NCBI GenBank assembly: GCA_951406725.2
Contig: OX597820.1
Span: 26,040,001-26,104,000 of the forward strand
Reading direction: 5' to 3'
Length of the DNA stretch: 64,000 nucleotides
Source: Octopus vulgaris
Lineage: Eukaryota
Both the position numbers and the translations under genes were made by a program. The notes under the pieces were generated by a model that ran no database searches, was not told where the DNA came from, and saw only the letters and a program-made list of their open reading frames with translations. Positions 27,201-37,063 of the stretch are shown here, piece after piece (position 1 is the stretch's first letter; every line of letters begins with the position of its first letter).

Positions 27201-30200
27201 AGCAGGTAGTGACTACATAGCTGCTACCTTGTTGACTTAGTATTTTACAGTGGTAAGGATGAGATCAAGTTTTGAAGTGGAATTAGTTATACAATGCTGC
27301 ATAATTTTATTTCTGTTTTCAGATTTTGATATTGACCCTCAAGAGAGCTGCACCAAATGTTTTACGTTTTCTTACTTGTGCTCTACTTATGTACTTTGGA
27401 TTTGTGTTTTGTGGTTGGGTTATATTAGGTCCTTATCATATAAAGGTAAGTAGACTTTATTGGTGAACACACCACAGCACACACCATACCACACACACAA
27501 CCCACCACACACCACGACACATATGTGCACGCACAACACATATATGCACGCACAACACATATATGCACGCACAACACATATATGCACGCACAACACATAT
27601 ATGCATGCACAACACATATATGCATGCACAACACATATATGCATGCACAACTCATATATGCACGCACAACACATATATGCACGCACAACACATATATGCA
27701 CGCACAACACATGTATGCATGCACAACACATGTATGCATGCACAACACATGTATGCATGCACAACACATGTATGCATGCACAACACACATGTGCACGCAC
27801 AACACACGTGCACGCACAACACATATGTGCACGCACAACACATATGTGCACGCATAACACATGTGCATGCACAATACATGCAAGGACGACACAAAAAATC
27901 CATGCACAACACATGCAAGCACGACACAAAAAGTGCACACATACACACAAATTGCACATGACACACAAAGCGAATGCACGACACACACACAAAGCGCACA
28001 CACGAGACACGCGCACACAAGACTCGCACGACATACAAGCACACACACACATGTGCATATAGACCCAAGTGCACGTATGCACAAGCACTGCATGCACACA
28101 CAAGCGCACATGCATGCACACACAACAAAGTAAACTCTCTGATGCTGGTGATATGTTGTACACAGTTCACTCTGTAATTTGGTTGGTGTTATAAAGGGCA
28201 TCTTGCCAGAGAAATCTGCCAACAATGGATTGAATGAACATGTGGTCCAGGAACTTTTCTATGAGGGCAGTGACTACAAATAAGAACTCTAAATTCTTTT
28301 TTCTCTATCTTTCTCAACCTGCAAGTGAATTAATTAGCATATTCTTTTCTGGATTATTATTATTAAAAAAGGTAGCGAGCTGGCAGAATTGTTAGCATGC
28401 TAAACAAAATGATTTCTCTTTTATCTCCTTTACTTGTTTCAGTCATTTGACTGCAGCCATGCTGGAGCACCACCTTTAGTCAAGCAAATGACTGAAACAA
28501 GTAAAGGAGATAAAAGAACTGCTAAGTTACAGGGACGCAAACACACCAGCATTGGTTGTTAAGCAATGTTGGGGGGGACAAACACAGACACACAAACATA
28601 TACACACACACACACACATATACATACATATACATATATATGACGGGCTTCTTTCAGTTTCCGTTTACCAAATCCACTCACAAGGCTTTTTGGTTGGCCC
28701 AAGGCTATAGTAGATGACACTTGCCCAAGGTTCTATGTAGTGGGATTGAACCTGGAACCATGTGATTGGTAAGCAAGCTACTTACCACACAGCCACTCCT
28801 GTGCCTTCGTAGCATTTCGTCTGCCTTTACCTTCTGAGTTCAAATTCTGCCAAGGTTGGCTTTGCCTTTCATCCTTTCAGAGTTGATTAAAATAAGGACC
28901 AGTTGAGCACTGGGGTCAACATAATTGACTTAACCCTACTCCAAAAATTGCTGTCCTTGTGCCAAAAATTTGAAACAATTAAATGTTAAGTATAACAAAA
29001 GTTGATTTTATTTCAGTTATTCTAGAATATTCAGTAAATTTACCACACACAAATATTATAAGCAATTGTACCATTTCTTTATTCTTGTTATTAATCTGAA
29101 CACTTTTGTTTTGTCTTTTCTACCAGTTCCGTCATTTGAGCACCACATCAGAATGTTTGTTTTCTTTAGTCAATGGTGATGATATGTTTGTGACTTTCTC
29201 TGCATTGCAAACCAACAACAGTTTCATTTGGTTTTACTCCCGTGTCTATCTTTACTGCTTTATTGGCATCTTCATCTATGTTGTGCTAAGTTTATTTATT
29301 GCTGTCATCATGGATTCTTATGAAACAATTAAGGTAAGAACTGCTATTTGTAGATATTTACCTTAATTTTTACATTTTTTTTTTGTTTTAATTGAGCTGC
29401 AGCTCTTGTACATTTGCATATAAAAAAAACAGTGTCTATTTTATCACAGAGCATTTATTGTTTCAATGCCCACTTTTGTATTCTTGCATGGATCGGATGG
29501 AAAATGTTGAGAGTGATTTCTCTATGCTTTGATCTTCTTTTCACCAACCCTCAGTTTCCAAGTGAGGTAATAGTCTCCTGAACTATCAGACAATAAATAG
29601 CCCAGACATAGTTACAAGACATTTTGTTTACATAAATCTCAACATGTCAAAATGTGTCAAGAAGGCTGAACATTCTTTCCCAGTTGACTGCAGACATATG
29701 ACACTGTATTGAAAAAAAAAAAAAGGCTGCAGTTTTGTTTACAGACACCAAACACTTGTAAGGACACGGGAAATACACACACTAATACAATCATACACAC
29801 ACACTAACAATCATGTACACACACACTCTGACACTATCACATACTCACACTAACACCAACACAATCACATACACACACTCCACAATCACATACACACACA
29901 CTCCACAATCACATACACACACACTCCACAATCACATACACACACACTCCACAATCACATACACACACACTAACACAATCATACACTAACACTAACACAA
30001 TCATACACACACGCACACTAATGCAATCATGTACACACACGCACACTAATGCAATCATGTACACACACGCACAATCATGTATACACACGCACACAAGCAC
30101 AATCATGTATACACACACACAAATAATCGTACACGCACCCACAATCGTACACGCACCCACAATCGTACACGCACCCACAATCATGTATACACACCCACAA

Positions 30201-33200
30201 TCGCATACACACACACACACAATCGTATACACACACATTAACATACTCGTACACACATGCACTAGCCCATAAATATATGCATGCATACACATGCACAAAT
30301 ACACACACATGCATGTACATATGCACGCATGCACACACACAGCCTTCATTTTCTGCTTACCAGTTTTACTCCTAAGCATTTGATTGACCCATGATTATTG
30401 TATACAACATTAGCCGACTGTCCTCTCAGTGGGACTGAATCCCCCTACCATGTAGTTTCTGAACCAAACAGCTATGCTTATACATATACCACAGCACAAT
30501 TTGAGGATCCCTGCTGTAGCTTGAAGGGTAATAAATCCTAAGTCTAAATCTTTCATCTGACAATGCCTCACCCTAAGTAAGCTATGTTCTTTTAGTCTTC
30601 CGGATTCACTGAACATATGTAAATACTAAATAAATTTAAAACTAATATATGCAGGCATGTCTTTGTGGTAAGTACATGGTTCTGGGTTCAGTCCCACTGT
30701 GTGGCACCTATGGCAAGTATCTTCTACTATAGCCTCAGACCAACCAAAGCCTTATGAGTGGATTTGGTAGGCGGAAACTGAAAGAAGCCTGTCATACATC
30801 TATATGTATCTGTTTGTCCTCACACCTTCGCTTGACAACTGATGTTGGTGTGTTTACATCCTTGTAACTTAGTGGTTTGGCAAATGAGACTGATAGAATA
30901 AGTACTTGGCTTACAAAGAATAAGTCCTTAGGTCGATTTGTTTGACTAAAGGTGGTGCTCCAGAATGGCTGCAGTCAAATGACTGAAACATGTAAAAGAA
31001 TATAGATAGAAAATCTTGTGAACAAAAATGCAAATTATGTGAATACCATCCAATGAGAGCTTCATTCTGCTAGAAACGGCAGCCAAATCATCTAAAATAA
31101 CACCTTACCATCTTGAAAAACAAGATGGTATAATAATGCATAATACTTTTGACCATAGGCTGGCTCACTTGAAGTTCACCCTTACATTTTATTGTCATCA
31201 CCAATGCCATCTTCATCATTTTATCTCTGTTTTCCATACTGGTCAACAAGATTCAATAAATTGGAAGGCCACATGAATTCTGAAACCCATCCAATGCTTG
31301 CTAACAGAGAAAATGTTTATAAAATTGAAGAACGAAAAAATAATTCTCAATGAAATTCTTTCACAAATATTTTTTTTTCTCTTTTGAACTTTTTTTTAGC
31401 ATTATTATGAAAATGGTTTCCCACGCAGTGAATTATTTGAGTTCATAGATGAATGTACTGATCCTCCTCACTCAGAGATTTATCGCCAAGAACTACGGGG
31501 TTGGGACTGCAGCACTGTGTTTTGTTTCTGTTGTAAAAAGTAAGTATTTATTGCTTTGAACATCTCCATTTAACGACTGTTTTCCATGCTGGCATAGGTT
31601 AGATGTTTTGATTGAAAATCTGATTTGGCAAGGTTTCTATAGCTGGATGCCAACCACTCCGAGAGTGTAGTGGGTGTTTTTTTACTATAGCGTCACATTT
31701 GGCTTGACATAGACGCAGGAGTGGCTGTGTGGTAAGTAGCTTGCTTACCAACCACATGGTTCCGGGTTCAGTCCCACTGCATGGCAACTTGAGCAAGTGT
31801 CTTCTACTATAGCCTCAAGCCAACCAAAGCCTTGTAAGTGGATTTGGTAGACAAACTGAAGGAAGCCTGTCGTATATATATATATATCATCATCATCGTT
31901 TAATGTCTGCTTTCCATGCTAGTATGGGTTGTATGTGTGTGTATATGTTTGTGTGTGTGTGTTCCCCATCAGCATCGCTTGACAACCGATACTGGTGTGT
32001 TTACATCCCCCATAAGTAGCGGTTCGGCAAAAGAGACTGATAGAATAAGTACTAGGCTTACAAAGAATAAGTCCTGGAGTCGATTTGCTCGACTAAAGGC
32101 GGTGCTCCAGCATGGCCGCAGTCAAAATGACTAAAACAAGTAAAAGAGGTCTACACAAGCATGGTGTATCACCAAATGTCTCGGTCACCTGTCATTGTCT
32201 CCATGAGGCCTGATGCTTAAATGGTGCCTTTTACGTGCCACCGGCATGGGTGCTAGTCAGATGGCACTGGCATTGGCATTGTCCACAACTATGATTTCAC
32301 TTGGCTCGACAGGTCTACACAAGCACAGCATATTGCCCCACTGTTGGAAGGGTGCTTTTTATGTGCTAGTTATACGACACTGGCATCAGCCTTGACTATG
32401 ATCTCACTTCGCTTGACAGGTCTTCTCAAGCACAGTATATTGCCTTAGTCACTTGTCATTGCCTCCATGAGGCCCAAAATTCTTAATCTTTTTATCAGTC
32501 CTCTACACGCATTTCTCTTATTGGAAGCCAACATTTCAGTTGTGTTTAAAATCTGCAATGATTGCTTGATTAGTGACTAGACTGCAAACCAAGAAAGGGA
32601 GCCTTTACGTGTTGGCTCAATCCACTAGCAATAACAGCCAAATCTCCCTCAAATCATACCATATTGAAGGGCAACATTTATCTAATGTTGCCATCGTTAA
32701 ATTAAGCCTTAGAAAATAAACAAGATGATAATGGCTTGAGTGCTTGTTACGCTACGTTTGCTCGATCAGGTGTGACTTAGATCAAACAACAATCACTAAG
32801 TGAACTCGTCCGTCTTGCTAGCTGTGTGAGGTTGCCATTAAACAAGGGACATAACTTTGTCAGATATTCACTCTAATAACATGTTTTACCTCATTGTTGT
32901 ATACTTGGTCTTAGAATGAATACGTAAGCATATGACGTGGGTACAACAGGGTATGGATATGTGTTGGAGACATGATGAATCTCTCGAGATGTCATAAAAC
33001 ATTGTTTTAGCCTAATCTACGTTTATCCCTAACTACAGTAAGTTATAGGGTAGTTGAACTAGACAGATTATGTGATTAACAGATCAAGTTTAGTAAATAA
33101 AGATTCTATGTCTACGGTAAACTTTTTATGTTGCTTTATATTAACACATAAAGCGCGACGGGTCCTGATAGAGGCCGTCAGGCCACGATCGTGGCCCAGA

Positions 33201-33817
33201 TAGATGCATGTAATTTATGGGCGTTTGTTAATTCAACTAATGACTTTTCAGATGATGTAAAACTTGCCACCAAGATGATTTTTTTCTCTGCTGTTCTTGA
33301 CCCTTGGCTATCTTTTCTGCTTCTCTCAAGTTGTATCCTTGCTTCTTGCAGCTTCCATTCAGATTTTGCTGCACCACATCATGTCTCCCTGAGAAAAGGC
33401 CTTTCTCTCCCAGGTCTTGTTAGTTTTGAATTGTCATTGAAGCATCTGTAACCATTTTTTTTTTTACTAGGTGTGGGTTTTTAGCCTGACACAAGTCCAT
33501 TTTCCTCTCTGGAAAGAGGTGATTCTTATTTGTCTGGTCTTTATCCTTTGACCTATTCGGCTCCCCACTTGGAGCTTGTATTCAGCTAGCACATGAACCC
33601 CCACCCCTACTCCCAACAAGGACTTGACCTTGTGGTGAAACACATTCTAACCATTTATTAAAAAAAAAGCATGTCAGTTAACAGAACTTTCAAATCTATG
33701 CATTAAAAAAAAAAAGACATTGTTACTTATAGTAGTTTTTTAAAAATCTTTTTTTAAATTTATTTTTTTAGTCGAAATCCAGAGGAACTTGAGGAATCCA
33801 CACGTTTGATTGGCTGA
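3936..33817 (+). CDS. MCOLN: Mucolipin / TRPML endolysosomal cation channel; 13 coding exons, 1767 nt, 588 aa (whole gene span)
   Basis: Manual splicing of 13 GT-AG exons gives one open frame (intron phases 0,0,1,2,0,1,0,0,0,0,0,2). Hallmarks: polybasic [20 protein letters not shown], luminal ITFDN, S4 [12 protein letters not shown]5 [11 protein letters not shown], pore [15 protein letters not shown]6 [19 protein letters not shown], Cys cluster CFCC. Paralogue number not assignable (invertebrate gene). Confidence 0.96.
4685..5064 (-). mobile_element. Young full-length tRNA-SINE (family F1); related copy 18670-18932(+)
   Basis: A-box tggcccagtag and B-box gtttcgattccc on the minus strand; CpGs retained; flanking repeat tttcatcag at 4675-4683 and 5067-5075. 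Confidence 0.8.
8619..8810 (+). CDS. MCOLN: TRPML coding exon 2 (LCIFG...VSNQ)
   Basis: tttccag| ... CAG|GTAAGT; 192 nt; contains the [12 protein letters not shown] motif. Confidence 0.95.
9265..9572 (+). mobile_element. tRNA-SINE family F2 (MetaSINE-like core); related copies ~23546-24020(+), 39465-39740(-), 54645-54890(+)
   Basis: Head tggcttggtggttaggg plus core gtgttgtgtccttgagcaag..cacgttgctccagtccactcagctg shared between copies; tails differ. Confidence 0.75.
10810..11157 (-). mobile_element. SINE/LINE-tail family C with (ATG)n tail; other copies ~8960-9230, 13564-13835, 49445-49660, 57130-57270
   Basis: Recurrent catcgtttaacg..ttccatgctagcatgggttggacgg..ctggatgcccttcctaacgccaacc. Confidence 0.75.
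11336..11489 (+). CDS. MCOLN: TRPML coding exon 3 ([12 protein letters not shown]...NPRLIR)
   Basis: ttttattacag| ... CGCA|GTAAGT; 154 nt; ends phase 1. Confidence 0.9.
13000..13099 (+). CDS. MCOLN: TRPML coding exon 4 (TCANVTQ...LSLDR)
   Basis: tattttcag| ... CG|GTGAGG; 100 nt; phases 1 and 2 fit both neighbouring exons. Confidence 0.85.
14384..14480 (+). CDS. MCOLN: TRPML coding exon 5 (LLKIELNF...CFLMNVS)
   Basis: ttctctag| ... TCA|GTGAGT; 97 nt. Confidence 0.9.
15068..15286 (-). mobile_element. Intact piggyBac-type MITE family D
   Basis: Perfect 12-bp TIR ccctttagtgtt/aacactaaaggg; TTAA at 15064-15067 and 15287-15290. Confidence 0.9.
15618..15708 (+). CDS. MCOLN: TRPML coding exon 6 ([12 protein letters not shown]...)
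   Basis: tttgaacag| ... G|GTGAGT; 91 nt; ITFDN motif. Confidence 0.93.
15872..16451 (-). mobile_element. Hammerhead-bearing non-autonomous retroelement (retrozyme / Penelope pLTR-like): 349-bp unit, partial second unit and inverted segment, 12-bp TSD
   Basis: taaagtgatggtatgttgtca starts at 15870 and 16219; 16348-16454 is an inverted copy of 16162-16270; direct repeat tttaaactatta at 15860-15871 and 16452-16463. Confidence 0.75.
16024..16095 (-). ncRNA. Type I minimal hammerhead ribozyme motif (predicted GUC cleavage between 16043 and 16042)
   Basis: Minus strand reads CAGA-CUGAUGA-U-GAG-CAAUAA-CUC-U-GAAA-CUAG-UC-UCUG. Stem I CAGA/UCUG is extended by CCA/UGG and AGCAAA/UUUGCU; stem III is the palindrome ACUAGU. 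The 10.1-11.1 pair is U-U (non-canonical). Confidence 0.7.
17206..17697 (-). mobile_element. RTE (BovB-like) LINE 3' fragment
   Basis: [38 protein letters not shown]...[31 protein letters not shown], then a (GAT)n-like tail. Confidence 0.9.
18008..18129 (+). CDS. MCOLN: TRPML coding exon 7 (S2: [23 protein letters not shown])
   Basis: tttcttcag| ... CAT|GTAAGT; 122 nt. Confidence 0.93.
19544..19693 (+). CDS. MCOLN: TRPML coding exon 8 (S3: [24 protein letters not shown])
   Basis: Acceptor ttttacacaaaag|, donor CGA|GTAAGT; 150 nt. Confidence 0.92.
20180..20386 (+). mobile_element. MITE family D inserted into an older piggyBac-type MITE (~20110-20452)
   Basis: D body ending ctaaaggg-TTAA, flanked by the halves of another TTAA-type element. 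Confidence 0.65.
20860..21790 (+). mobile_element. Highly decayed CRE-like (restriction-like endonuclease) non-LTR retrotransposon, 3' part
   Basis: Broken frames give [18 protein letters not shown]...HTILND (CCHC-knuckle-like), [16 protein letters not shown] (RPD motif), [14 protein letters not shown] and RLEIAIHKN, in the expected order. Confidence 0.6.
23785..24005 (-). mobile_element. Intact MITE family E inserted in the tail of an F2 SINE
   Basis: TTAA at 23781-23784 and 24006-24009; TIR ccctttcgttac / gtaacaaaaggg. Confidence 0.88.
24235..24453 (-). mobile_element. Young CR1 LINE 3' end with (TTA)n tail
   Basis: Minus translation [35 protein letters not shown]...*, followed by a (TTA)n tail. 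Confidence 0.85.
25702..25815 (+). CDS. MCOLN: TRPML coding exon 9 (S4: [30 protein letters not shown])
   Basis: cattttag| ... AAT|GTAAGT; 114 nt. Confidence 0.95.
26330..26670. repeat. CA-rich minisatellite, ~23-29-bp unit (CA)n-ctaacgcaatcatacgcg
   Basis: About 12 visible tandem units. Confidence 0.9.
27323..27445 (+). CDS. MCOLN: TRPML coding exon 10 (S5: [41 protein letters not shown])
   Basis: gttttcag| ... AAG|GTAAGT; 123 nt. The ORF track shows the wrong frame here. Confidence 0.96.
27515..27880. repeat. 19-bp minisatellite atatgcacgcacaacacat, decaying to ~28125
   Basis: Visible tandem units; source of the Cys/Val- and His/Thr-rich spurious ORFs. Confidence 0.92.
29127..29333 (+). 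CDS. MCOLN: TRPML coding exon 11 (pore helix, NGDD filter, S6)
   Basis: ttctaccag| ... AAG|GTAAGA; 207 nt. Confidence 0.97.
29775..30340. repeat. CA-rich minisatellite (18-25-bp units, e.g. cacacacactccacaatcacata)
   Basis: Visible tandem units sharing the caatcat core with the 26330-26670 array. Confidence 0.88.
31400..31539 (+). CDS. MCOLN: TRPML coding exon 12 ([19 protein letters not shown]...CFCCK)
   Basis: tttttttag| ... AA|GTAAGT; 140 nt; ends phase 2. Confidence 0.93.
31713..32147 (+). mobile_element. tRNA-SINE family B; other copies ~4195-4545, 5445-5810, 8145-8520, 11920-12265, 24590-25180(-), 28415-28805(-), 30651-31000, 49680-50015, 55515-55825(-), 60990-61295(-)
   Basis: A-box tggctgtgtggt, B-box gggttcagtccc, core ggcaccttgggcaagtgtcttctactatagcc..ggatttggtagacggaaactgaaagaagcc, internal microsatellite, then one of two tails. 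Confidence 0.85.
33772..33817 (+). CDS. MCOLN: TRPML terminal coding exon 13 (N)[14 protein letters not shown]
   Basis: tattttttag|; phase 2 fits exon 12; ends TGA TAA; encodes the [DE]xxxL[LI] motif ESTRLI. Confidence 0.85.
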
Positions 33818-36555
33818 TAAAAAACCAGAAGATAGCTATAACTGGGTGAAAATAACAGAAATATGGTGTAGAGTTAAAGATTTTTTTTTTCTGTCTTTTT
33901 TGTTGATAATTTCCTTCCAAGGAACCAAACCAAACCAAACCGACAGAATTTCTTTAAAATAGAAAATTGTAAATTTTTCTTGACCTAATTTATTGTAAAA
34001 TAGTTTTTTTCATTTTCTTGCAGAGTTTAATTTTTCAAAGTGAATTTTTTTTATAGCGAAAAATAATTTAAATAGAAAAGAAAAGCTGACAGCTACCTCT
34101 TGGAAAATGTTTGGTAATAACTCTAGAAAAAGTAACTGAGTGCATCCAACCACAAATACGTGTATATTTGTAATGTTCCTATATTCTAAATAGGTATGTG
34201 AATTCACTATTTGCTACATCATATTCGTGCCTCTATGTACTTCTTGCCATATTAGCAAAGAGTATTGTGCACTTATTTGTAGGGATTTAGTAGAAATGTA
34301 CACACACGCAGTTGGTTTGCTCTCCACTCATTACTTTGGTATTACGAAGGGGATATATACACAAATATGCCATTTTGTAGTCATTATTTGTATGATGAAC
34401 ACTGTTAGAATTTATATATGAATTTTTAATTTATAATTTCCCCCCTCCCCACTGCCATCTGTTATAATACTCAATACATCTCTTATATACTCAGTGGAAG
34501 CAAATTCTATATTTGGTAAAATTTGTTTCAAATAACTGTGGTTATACAGGAAACCCCCTGTCTGCAAACAGAAGGTGATTTAAATGATGTGTGTATTTGA
34601 ATGAACTGCACCAGTCTCCAAATATTTTTATTTGGGAATATACAAATGATATATTGTGTTCTAAAAATTGTTATCACCCTTGTTAACTCCTGTGCAGGAT
34701 CGGAGACTGTTCACTACATGTAATAGTATGCATACATCACATTGCACTATATAACTATTACTACTGCTATGCTATAACAGCCTTTATGAAAACCTAGACA
34801 TCCACATTTCAATTTACTAGTCAGTGCATAGTACAATAACAGGAGCTTACTCATTGCAATACATCAATACATAACCTGTGTACATGTAACACACACACGT
34901 ACAACTGTTGGTTCAGTTGATTGTGTCCTTTCCATTGCAAATGCATGATGTTGTCAGTGAGAAATCATTACTTTTATTTGTGAACTGCTTGAGAATGTAC
35001 ATAGATTTACTAGAACTCTTATCAGTACTGCAATATTACATACATAAATGACATATCACTATGGCATTATTATATGCACTGCATTGAAATACATACTACA
35101 GCATGAAAATCATGCTGCTCCACACTGCCACATTGTTTTTCTTCAAGCTATTCCAACTTGTCTGTAATATGCTGTGCTTATAGCATCACAACATTGGAAT
35201 GCATCCACCTCATCACATGATACACTGCATTGTTAGTGCCAAAAACTGCAATTATATATCTATCTTCATAAAAGTCTATATGTAATGTTAATCTTCAGTC
35301 TTTATTGTTACTCCTTACTAATGTACTCAGGTATAACTATCACAGACAAGAGGTGTATAGTGACAACATGTATTCAATGACAGGAATTCATTACCTGGTT
35401 TCAATTCCCAGTCTCATTTCATTCATATCAGTGTGTTCACAGAAGATATGTTTTCATCTCATTTCCCTGTCCCTCAAAAATATCCCAGTGATGTTGGTCA
35501 GGCTACCTGCCAATTGAATGATACCGCCAATTAAAAAAATAAACTCTTGGAGACATAATTTAGTTGTGAAATTACAAATAGATTTGTTCTTTAAATGATT
35601 CTGTCCATAATTTGGCAGTGCCACAGCTTCAGTATATAGTGTTTACTTTTTTCCAAACTACACCGGCCAAATCTTGCAGTTGACCTTTGATCTCTTCAGG
35701 ACTGATAAAATTAGTTGGTTATGCCTTTGCTATTAAAATTGCATGGCTTTGTGCCAATGAGAAATAAGTATTACCACTCTTAGTAAATTGCTTGTGTATG
35801 TACATAAAACACCTACATTAAATATATTTTCATATCTCCGTCCAGCTTATACCAGAATGGAAAAGTAGGTATAGATCTTACATTGTTTTTGACTATGAGC
35901 ATCTGAGATTAGACTCCAGTTGCTACTTATTTTTATGTCTGTGATTACTTGCTATTGTCTATATATCAATCAAACCAGTTCTAAGATGTGGCTCAATTGA
36001 TCACCCTGAAGTATGTGCTGTTTGGCTTCTCTTTAGCTCCTGGTGAGCTGAGCTTTTGACTGGAGTTTTTGAGTTCAGCAGTCATATTTTGAACTAAATA
36101 ACAGTTGTGTAGTTTACTGGATTATAGTGACAAGATTTGCATTTTCCATAAGGAGAATATAATTAATTTTTCATCCCCATAGATCACATATTTCATGCAT
36201 AATTAAGGGATTTATTATCTTTTTGTTTTTGAATTGTGCTGATTGATAGACCGGTTTCACCATGAAGAAAATAAACTGAGCCTATTTTAACAAATGTTTT
36301 TCTTTGTGGTTGTTGATTTTCATGTAAAAAGAAAACAATTATATAAATTATCACTTAGACATTTCTTTCATGTAATATTAATTTACTGAAATTGTTATGA
36401 GATTTATTCGATATGAAAATATAAATAAAAGCCATTAAAAAATCGTGTATGAATAATTTTTTTTTTGTGGTGGGAGAATGTAAATATCATGTGATTCTGA
36501 CTTCCACTACATCTCATACTGTCATTTTGGAACAATAAAATCAGATTGAATAAAG
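33818..36555 (+). other. Probable TRPML 3' UTR with poly(A) signals
   Basis: ~2.7 kb without the SINEs/microsatellites that fill the introns; AATAAA at 36270, 36424, 36534 and 36549; repeats resume at ~36585. Confidence 0.6.
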
Positions 36556-37032
36556 TTTCTTTTTGACTTAGTTCTTTAGAAGTGTCTGTCTGTCTGTCTG
36601 TCTGTCTGTCTTTGTGACCACAACATAACTAAATGGTTAAGTTTGTTTTGCAATCATAAGGTTTGGTATCCTTGACAAAAGGTATAAAGTAAAATTGTAT
36701 GGAAACTGTATGGAAGTCAACAGGATGGATTGTACCTGGTAAGGCCAAGGTATGGCCTTGCCATACACATTATCTAGGGTATCTTCAGCCACGTATTAAT
36801 TCAGTTTGTTAAACAACTGAATCCTCATTGTTGAAACAGACCCATTCAGACTCTTACAGGGATCTAAATATCTTTTATGTACACTTTACATCAGTTGGAG
36901 TGTTTTGTTCATCAAAAGCAAGAAAGTTGACTTAAACAATTGTATTTTTGTTTTTTTTTATTACATCTCATTTCACACATTAGGTTTTTTTAATGTTTCA
37001 ATCAGTTAAAATAAGGTTTCATAAAAGTAAAC

Positions 37033-37063
<31 letters not shown>

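Noticed and set aside
26330-27880. CRISPR-like appearance of regularly spaced repeats
   Set aside because: Head-to-tail units with no unique spacers, no cas genes, eukaryotic intron context.
27420-28225. Long Cys/Val/His-rich ORFs (up to 266 aa) resembling metallothionein or keratin-associated proteins
   Set aside because: They are translations of the 19-bp minisatellite, open in several frames on both strands, inside TRPML intron 10.
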